Shown in pieces: positions 58,184 through 64,000 of a stretch of DNA of 64,000 nucleotides (the first letter of the stretch is position 1; each line of letters starts with the position of its first letter). Below the pieces are notes generated by a model, which was not told the origin of the DNA, did not search any database, and saw nothing but the letters and a program-made list of their open reading frames with translations. A program made the translations under genes and the position numbers. Where the stretch lies: IMG/VR virus record IMGVR_UViG_3300027704_000008, positions 1 to 64,000 of that record. One strand, written 5' to 3'. This DNA is from a virus.

Positions 58184-58939
58184 ATGTCAACGATAGCGCC
58201 TTCGGATTTTTCATATCGCACCTCTATCCCCACCATCGGTTGTGGTCTATGGGATAACAATATCTATGTGAGCCATGCATGCAACACTAAGGGTCAATAC
58301 TATGCAACCCGCACTCCAGATGAAAATACGCGTGAAGCTAATGGAGAGAATCGTCATCCCTATTATCCTTTTATAGTACCAATCGGTCCGATGTGGATAC
58401 ATGGAACGGGAACTATTACCAGGGAGTACTGGTGGAATAGATCTAAAATAGTCGATCAGCAAATAACTAGAGCTAACCTCCAGCGCCACGAGAACCTTAT
58501 TCGAGATTTACTGGGTGATCGTGGTAGTTTCCGTTACGTCGAAAAGAATATGAGTTTGATGTATGCCCGTTCTGAATTAACATTAAAACCTGTCACGGAG
58601 TGGCATGGTCACACATATCCGTGGAGTCTCAATGTCAAAATGAAGTGCACGATTCCTAGAGGCATGGACGTGAATTTTCTCTTTCATCCTCGCAAGTCCA
58701 TGCCCGATAACAAGAAACGTCCAATTTGGGATTCTGCAAGCAGGTCGATATTACCCAACCAAACCGTTTCTATTGATAAACCAGCTGGATCCAAGACGTG
58801 TTACCTAATACCATCCCGTGATATGGTGTGCGGAGATACTAATATGCTGGCTGGAGTGCCATACGAGCAGATAACCCCAACCTTGTCCATTGAGGCGGGA
58901 TCCGAGGGCGGTGCCTTGATTAGGACGTATCAGGTATAG
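58184..58939 (+). CDS. Hypothetical protein
   Basis: AGGAG RBS; 251 aa; ends before a terminator. Confidence 0.7.
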   Translation: MSTIAPSDFSYRTSIPTIGCGLWDNNIYVSHACNTKGQYYATRTPDENTREANGENRHPYYPFIVPIGPMWIHGTGTITREYWWNRSKIVDQQITRANLQRHENLIRDLLGDRGSFRYVEKNMSLMYARSELTLKPVTEWHGHTYPWSLNVKMKCTIPRGMDVNFLFHPRKSMPDNKKRPIWDSASRSILPNQTVSIDKPAGSKTCYLIPSRDMVCGDTNMLAGVPYEQITPTLSIEAGSEGGALIRTYQV

Positions 58940-58961
58940 TATACTTTACATTGTTACTATC

Positions 58962-58986
58962 AAAGCTCGCTGCGGCGGGCTTTTTT
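58962..58986 (+). terminator. Intrinsic terminator
   Basis: AAAGCTCGC-TGCG-GCGGGC followed by TTTTTT. Confidence 0.85.
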
Positions 58987-58999
58987 GTATTTTTAAACT

Positions 59000-59007
59000 T
59001 ATAAATA
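59000..59007 (+). promoter_or_regulatory. T4-type late promoter
   Basis: TATAAATA. Confidence 0.75.
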
Positions 59008-59037
59008 GACCCAACATTGCTAACAACGGGACCACTA

Positions 59038-59388
59038 ATGGCACACTCAGAAGATTTCACTATTGACCAGGGAGCTGATGTTACTTTTCAGTTGAGCCTG
59101 ACAAATAAAGACGGGTCCACTAAAAATCTCACAGGTCATACAGGTAAAGGATACATTAAGCAGAACTATGCAGCAGATAGTTCAACCGCTATTACATTCT
59201 CTGTAGCTATACCAACCCCCACTAACGGAATATTAAATCTGGGTTTGACTAATATTCAAACAGATACCATGAAAACGAATGCGCGATACGTGTATGATGT
59301 TGAGCTATCCCATCTTGATAGTGGTGTTAACGTGATAGAGAGATTATTGCAGGGTCATATTACTGTGAACCCTTCCGTCACCAAGTAG
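59038..59388 (+). CDS. Small Ig-like virion structural protein
   Basis: Start moved to MAHSEDF; IDQGAD, NLTGHT, RYVYDVEL, RLLQG.ITV.PSVT. Confidence 0.75.
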   Translation: MAHSEDFTIDQGADVTFQLSLTNKDGSTKNLTGHTGKGYIKQNYAADSSTAITFSVAIPTPTNGILNLGLTNIQTDTMKTNARYVYDVELSHLDSGVNVIERLLQGHITVNPSVTK

Positions 59389-59397
59389 ACATAATTT

Positions 59398-59538
59398 ATG
59401 AAGACATTAGTCAAATCTATTGGGTATGGTAACGCCACTGCGGTTAAAGTAAGTCATGGTAACCAAACACAGGTCAATAAAATAGTGGTTGCCCCGTCAC
59501 AGATTTTAGTTGCAGTTAATATATCAACATCGGTATAA
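59398..59538 (+). CDS. Small hypothetical protein, 46 aa (not in the ORF track)
   Basis: MKTLVKSIGYGNATAVKV...STSV* fills the gap; its stop lies inside the TATAAATA at 59534-59541. Confidence 0.45.
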   Translation: MKTLVKSIGYGNATAVKVSHGNQTQVNKIVVAPSQILVAVNISTSV

Positions 59539-59563
59539 ATAACCAAAAGGGTTAAAATTAAAT

Positions 59564-60322
59564 ATGGCTTCTATAACATCAAGACAAGGTTTAATCGATC
59601 ATTGCTTACGCAAGCTAGGATCTCCTGTCATAGAAATAAACGTTGATGTCGATCAGATAGAGGATCGGGTAGACGATGCTTTTCTAACATATCAGGAGTT
59701 TCACGGCGATGCAACTAATCGCAGCTACTTGCAATATCTGGTGACCTCGGCTGATGTGACCAACAAATATATATCTGTTCCATCTGAAGTGATATACATC
59801 GTTAATATGTTTAACCTAGCGGGCGGGAACGCCATCAGCAGTAACAATATGTTCTCGTTTAAGTATCAGTTTGCCATGAGTGATTTTCATGCAATGGGAA
59901 GGATTGGTGGCGGGCTAGGTCATTATGCTCAAACCAAAGCCTATATGGAAACACTAGACTTAATCCTTAACGGAACCCCCCAGACCACGTTCTCGCGCAG
60001 GCAGAACCGCCTGTATTTATGGGGCGATATAGACGATAATGATATTAAAGCTGGCGAGTATATAATGTTAGAGTGTTATACGGTCATTGATCCAGAAACA
60101 CACACGTCGGTGTATAACGATATGTTTATGCGAGACATGACAACAGCCCTGATCAAACAACAATGGGGGCAGAACCTTTCTAAGTTTGAAGGAATGCAGC
60201 TTCCTGGTGGAGTAACCATCAATGGAAGAGAGATTCGCGAGGAAGCGAATGGGGAGATTGCTGAGCTGCGGGAACGCTTGAGATCTGAACAAGAGTTACC
60301 AGCAGACTTCTTCATCGGATAA
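59564..60322 (+). CDS. 13: Neck protein gp13
   Basis: CLRKLGSPVIEINVD.DQIEDR, TALIKQQWGQNLSKFEGMQLPGGVTING. Confidence 0.96.
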   Translation: MASITSRQGLIDHCLRKLGSPVIEINVDVDQIEDRVDDAFLTYQEFHGDATNRSYLQYLVTSADVTNKYISVPSEVIYIVNMFNLAGGNAISSNNMFSFKYQFAMSDFHAMGRIGGGLGHYAQTKAYMETLDLILNGTPQTTFSRRQNRLYLWGDIDDNDIKAGEYIMLECYTVIDPETHTSVYNDMFMRDMTTALIKQQWGQNLSKFEGMQLPGGVTINGREIREEANGEIAELRERLRSEQELPADFFIG

Positions 60323-60325
60323 AAT

Positions 60326-61213
60326 ATGGCCACTAATCCTTATTTTTCACCTAAGGTAACATCTGAGCAGAATCTATACGAAGACATCGTTATAGAATCT
60401 CTAAAGATGTTTGGGCAAGACGTATACTATATCCCAAGAGAATCCAAGGGATACGATAAAGTCTGGTCTGATGATATCATTAATACGTACAACGATACAT
60501 ATCGGCTCGAAATGTATATCGAAAACATTGAGGGGTTTGATGGAGAAGGTGATCTGTTTACTAAGTTTGGTATAGAGATTCGTGACGCCGCCACATTTAT
60601 AGTATCTCGCCGTAGGTGGAATGCTGAGGTTGCTGTCAATGAGGAGACAGACACTAAACCCTTTTACCGCCCTAGAGAGGGAGATTTAATATATCTTCCT
60701 ATGTCCCAATCTACATTTGAAATACAACGGGTGGAAACAGAAGATCCCTTTTTCCAACTTAACAATTTACCCGTGTTCAAGATGTCGTGTGAGCTGTATG
60801 AGTACTCTGGAGAGGACTTCGACACTGGCATTGAGGATATAGATCGCGTTGAAGAGGTGTTTGGTTATCAATGGCGTATGGTGCTATCTGACTCAGCCTC
60901 GGGGTATATCGTTGGGGAGACGGTGTCTCAGACGCTTGCAACCGGTGCTATTATGTCGGGTGAGGTGGTTAAGTGGGCAGACTCTAGTAATGAAATATTT
61001 GTTGCACACGCCGGAGCCAATGATGGCAAGTATCACGAATTCGCCACAGGCCTTAATGTTGTGGGAGATAAGTCATCGGCATCGTTTGTCCCAAGCCTGG
61101 TACAGCAGATTAATAAGATCCAAGAATCTGATATGAATGCTAATTTTAAAGCCGAGGCTCTGACATTTGTGGATTTCTCGGAGAGCAACCCGTTCGGAGA
61201 CATAGATGTTTAA
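60326..61213 (+). CDS. 14: Neck protein gp14
   Basis: EQNLYEDIVIESLKMFGQDVYYIPR, TKFGIEIRD, RPREGDLIY, DFSESNPFG. Confidence 0.96.
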   Translation: MATNPYFSPKVTSEQNLYEDIVIESLKMFGQDVYYIPRESKGYDKVWSDDIINTYNDTYRLEMYIENIEGFDGEGDLFTKFGIEIRDAATFIVSRRRWNAEVAVNEETDTKPFYRPREGDLIYLPMSQSTFEIQRVETEDPFFQLNNLPVFKMSCELYEYSGEDFDTGIEDIDRVEEVFGYQWRMVLSDSASGYIVGETVSQTLATGAIMSGEVVKWADSSNEIFVAHAGANDGKYHEFATGLNVVGDKSSASFVPSLVQQINKIQESDMNANFKAEALTFVDFSESNPFGDIDV

Positions 61214-61982
61214 TCAGTATTTCTACCATGAAAAGACTCGAAAGACAGTTGCTCTATTTGGTTCCTTATTTAATAACATATATGTGATACGAACAGATAA
61301 CAACAACCAAGTGCTCAGCCAAGTAAAGGTTCCTTTAGCGTACGCTCCAAGACGTAAGTATCTTGAGCGAATTCAGCAGATGAATAATGGAGAGGAGTTG
61401 GAAAGGCAGATTGCCATCAAGCTTCCCCGCATGTCGTTTGAGATAGTAGGGTTGTCGCGAGACGATCAAAGAATGTTGCGCTCTACAAATACCGTGAGCC
61501 GCCCAGGAACAACTGCAAATAATAAGATGCGGTTCTATACAGGCGTACCGTATACAATCAACTTCCAGATGAATGTGTACAGTAAAAACCAAGATGATGC
61601 CCTACAAATAGTGGAGCAAATTCTACCATACTTCAAACCTCAGTACAACGTTACCATTAAGCCAATTGATGGGTATGATGATTTTAAAGAGGATATTCCA
61701 ATTACTCTACAAGCTGTTTCTTTCATGGACGATTTTGAAGGATCTATAGAGCAGCGTAGGACTATTATATACACTTTAGACTTTGAAATGAAGACAACGT
61801 ATTATGGGCCCACGGACAGTATATCTAGTATCATTAGGCAAGTTGATGGTATACTGGTGGACAAGGACGGGAGCAGAATGGAAACGTTAAGAGTCACTCC
61901 AACGCCTGTTGGGGTTAGTCCTGATAGCGATTATGGATTTAATGAAGTTATGATATCGGGTCTCGATAGTGCAGGAGCATAG
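61206..61982 (+). CDS. 15: Tail sheath stabilizer / terminator gp15
   Basis: YFYHE..RK.V..FG.LFN, KVPLAYAP, LPRMSFE, DDALQIVEQILPYF.P. Confidence 0.96.
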   Translation: MFNQYFYHEKTRKTVALFGSLFNNIYVIRTDNNNQVLSQVKVPLAYAPRRKYLERIQQMNNGEELERQIAIKLPRMSFEIVGLSRDDQRMLRSTNTVSRPGTTANNKMRFYTGVPYTINFQMNVYSKNQDDALQIVEQILPYFKPQYNVTIKPIDGYDDFKEDIPITLQAVSFMDDFEGSIEQRRTIIYTLDFEMKTTYYGPTDSISSIIRQVDGILVDKDGSRMETLRVTPTPVGVSPDSDYGFNEVMISGLDSAGA

Positions 61983-61983
61983 T

Positions 61984-62349
61984 ATGATTGATGATAAGGG
62001 TGATGGAGAAATTAAATCTGATTTTGATTTTTCTCGAGAGACGTACTATACTCTCGTAGAAAGAGGCCGCGAGGGTATTGACGAGATGATGGAAGTGGCT
62101 AAGAGCTCGGAGCACCCTCGCGCATACGAGGTGCTGTCTAAGCTAATTAAAGATACTGGCGATGTAGCCGACAAGTTAATGGACCTCAACAAGAAGAGTG
62201 TCGAAATTAAAAAAGCCCAGGAAGGTGGCCCTGCTGCTTTACTTCCGGGGCAAACCACTACCAACGTTTTTGTTGGATCTACTGCTGAACTTCAACGGTT
62301 GATCCATCAAGAGCAAGTTAAAGATATAACTCCCCCAAACGAGACATAA
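61984..62349 (+). CDS. 16: Terminase small subunit gp16
   Basis: DFDFSRE, SEHPRAYEV, NVFVGSTAELQ. Confidence 0.93.
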   Translation: MIDDKGDGEIKSDFDFSRETYYTLVERGREGIDEMMEVAKSSEHPRAYEVLSKLIKDTGDVADKLMDLNKKSVEIKKAQEGGPAALLPGQTTTNVFVGSTAELQRLIHQEQVKDITPPNET

Positions 62350-62351
62350 TC

Positions 62352-62618
62352 ATGAAGTCGTTTAAAAAGTTTACTGAAGCAACGTATCAAGGTAAAAAGG
62401 TTGCGCTGAATAAGCCGAGTGCGGGTGACGTCAAAAAGTCTAAAGTGTTTGTTGACCCGGATGGTGATGGTACGGCGCAGAAGGTAAATTTTGGTGATAA
62501 AAACATGACCATTAAGAAAAACATCCCCTCAAGAAAAAAATCATTCCACGCAAGACACAAGTGTGATACAGCAAAGGATAAAACTACACCAAGATATTGG
62601 AGCTGTAAGGCTTGGTAG
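62352..62618 (+). CDS. Small basic protein with a capsid-targeting-like leader
   Basis: MKSFKKFTEA leader; KVNFGD...RKKSFHARHKC...RYWSCKAW. Confidence 0.75.
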   Translation: MKSFKKFTEATYQGKKVALNKPSAGDVKKSKVFVDPDGDGTAQKVNFGDKNMTIKKNIPSRKKSFHARHKCDTAKDKTTPRYWSCKAW

Positions 62619-62636
62619 CAATACACTATATATTAT

Positions 62637-64000
62637 ATGCGCAATGATAACAGAAGTGAATCATATAACGGCAATGCCAATATTAAGAAAGAAGGTATAG
62701 AGCAATCCTATACTCAATCTCAGCTGACTGAATATCTCAAGTGTTCCAACGATCCCAAGTACTTTGCTCAAACATACATTAAGGTTATACATCCTGATCA
62801 CGGATTAGTTCCTTTCGATCTATACGATTATCAGAAAGAAATGTTTGATCATTTCAATAATAATTTATTTAATATTGTATTGGCTTGTCGTCAGTCAGGT
62901 AAGTCTATTAGCTCGTGTGCATATCTGTTATGGTATTGCTGCTTTCACTCAGATAAATATGTGGCAATTCTTGCCAACAAGCACGCGACTGCGAAGGAGA
63001 TGTTATCTCGTATAACATTGATGCTCGAAAACTTACCATTCTTTTTGCAACCAGGATGTAAAACTCTCAATAAAAATAGTATTGAGTTTGATAATGAGAC
63101 CACATTAATGGCAGCGGCCACATCCAAGAGTTCCATTCGTGGATTCACAATCAACCTTTTATATCTAGATGAGTTTGCTTTTGTTGAAGACGCAGCTACG
63201 TTCTATACCTCAACGTATCCTGTAATTACAGCCGGCGTGAACTCAAGAGTGATTATTACATCTACGGCCAATGGTATCGGTAATATGTTTCACAGGCTAT
63301 GGACGTCATCGATACAGAAAACCAATACGTATGAACCGTTCAGGGTTGATTGGTGGGATGTTCCTGGGCGAGATGAGGCTTGGAAAGATCGTACAATAGC
63401 CAACACCAGCCAATTACAATTTGACCAAGAATATGGCAATACGTTCTTTGGCACGGGTCATTCGTTGATTAATGCACAGACTCTTATGGGTCTACGAGCC
63501 CAATCCCCAATCGAAGAACGCGAAGGTGGGTTATTTAGAATATATAATCTGCCAACAAGTAATCACGAATATATGCTATTTGCTGATGTCAGCAAAGGAA
63601 GAGGCCAGGACTATTCTACCTTTTCGGTAATCGATATTTCTAGCAGACCCTTTAAACAGGTCGCTGTATATCGCAACAATACTATTTCTCCAATACTCTT
63701 TCCTGATGTTATCTATAAGTATGCGAAATTGTATAATAACGCATATGTGGTAATTGAAGCAAACGATCAAGGAGCTCTAGTGGCAAATGGTTTATATTAC
63801 GATCACGAATATGAAGAATTGCATCAAACTCACAATAAGTCGGGAAAGGCTTCTCACTTGGGTGTGGAGATAAACAGGAAGATTAAGCGCATCGGTTGTT
63901 CTGGGTTTAAGGATGTGTTAGAGTCAGGAAGACTTGATATTGTCGACGAGCACACTATCATGGAGGTGTCTACGTTTGAGGCTAAAGGGCAGTCGTTTGA
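62637..64000 (+). CDS. 17: Terminase large subunit gp17, truncated by the window edge
   Basis: SYNGNANIKK, PFDLYDYQ, CRQSGKS (Walker A), YLDEFAF (Walker B), ITSTANG, VPGRDE, ADVSKGRGQDYS. Confidence 0.97.
   Translation, partial: MRNDNRSESYNGNANIKKEGIEQSYTQSQLTEYLKCSNDPKYFAQTYIKVIHPDHGLVPFDLYDYQKEMFDHFNNNLFNIVLACRQSGKSISSCAYLLWYCCFHSDKYVAILANKHATAKEMLSRITLMLENLPFFLQPGCKTLNKNSIEFDNETTLMAAATSKSSIRGFTINLLYLDEFAFVEDAATFYTSTYPVITAGVNSRVIITSTANGIGNMFHRLWTSSIQKTNTYEPFRVDWWDVPGRDEAWKDRTIANTSQLQFDQEYGNTFFGTGHSLINAQTLMGLRAQSPIEEREGGLFRIYNLPTSNHEYMLFADVSKGRGQDYSTFSVIDISSRPFKQVAVYRNNTISPILFPDVIYKYAKLYNNAYVVIEANDQGALVANGLYYDHEYEELHQTHNKSGKASHLGVEINRKIKRIGCSGFKDVLESGRLDIVDEHTIMEVSTFEAKGQSF

Noticed and set aside
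292-63770. Many antisense and nested ORFs in the six-frame track
   Set aside because: They shadow well-supported genes on the other strand or frame and show no recognisable motifs.
1-64000. Stop-codon reassignment, tRNA genes or a diversity-generating retroelement
   Set aside because: Core genes are full length in the standard code and use all three stops. I saw no tRNA cloverleaf, reverse transcriptase or TR/VR pair by eye; a covariance-model scan was not run.

Overview
This window is a 64 kb slice of a large T4-like myophage genome, most similar in style to marine/environmental T4-like phages. A proteobacterial host is inferred from near-consensus sigma70 promoters and an IHF-type site. 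Gene order from the left: a tandem array of proteins starting with an MKxFxxF..E capsid-targeting-like leader, a 3TM holin, nrdA / GIY-YIG endonuclease / nrdB, several nucleases, RNase H, phoH and an M15 peptidase. Next come a 9 kb, 13-gene glycosylation island (glycosyltransferases, methyltransferases, UDP-galactopyranose mutase), an accessory region with two beta-helix proteins, gp33 and gp32. A minus-strand block (gp4, gp2, gp54, gp26/gp51, tape measure) is followed by the baseplate, tail fibre, neck and terminase genes. Most interesting: (1) a D-S-[A/D] motif concentrated in exposed virion proteins of a phage that carries its own glycosylation island, suggesting sequon-directed virion O-glycosylation; (2) a -1 slippery site joining gp26 to a start-less gp51 frame just upstream of the tape measure gene, like lambda G/GT; (3) the array of putative capsid-packaged injected effectors; (4) a split gp5 spike with an inserted amidase; (5) a start-less sulfotransferase relic. 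All family assignments come from motif recognition by eye; no database searches were run.
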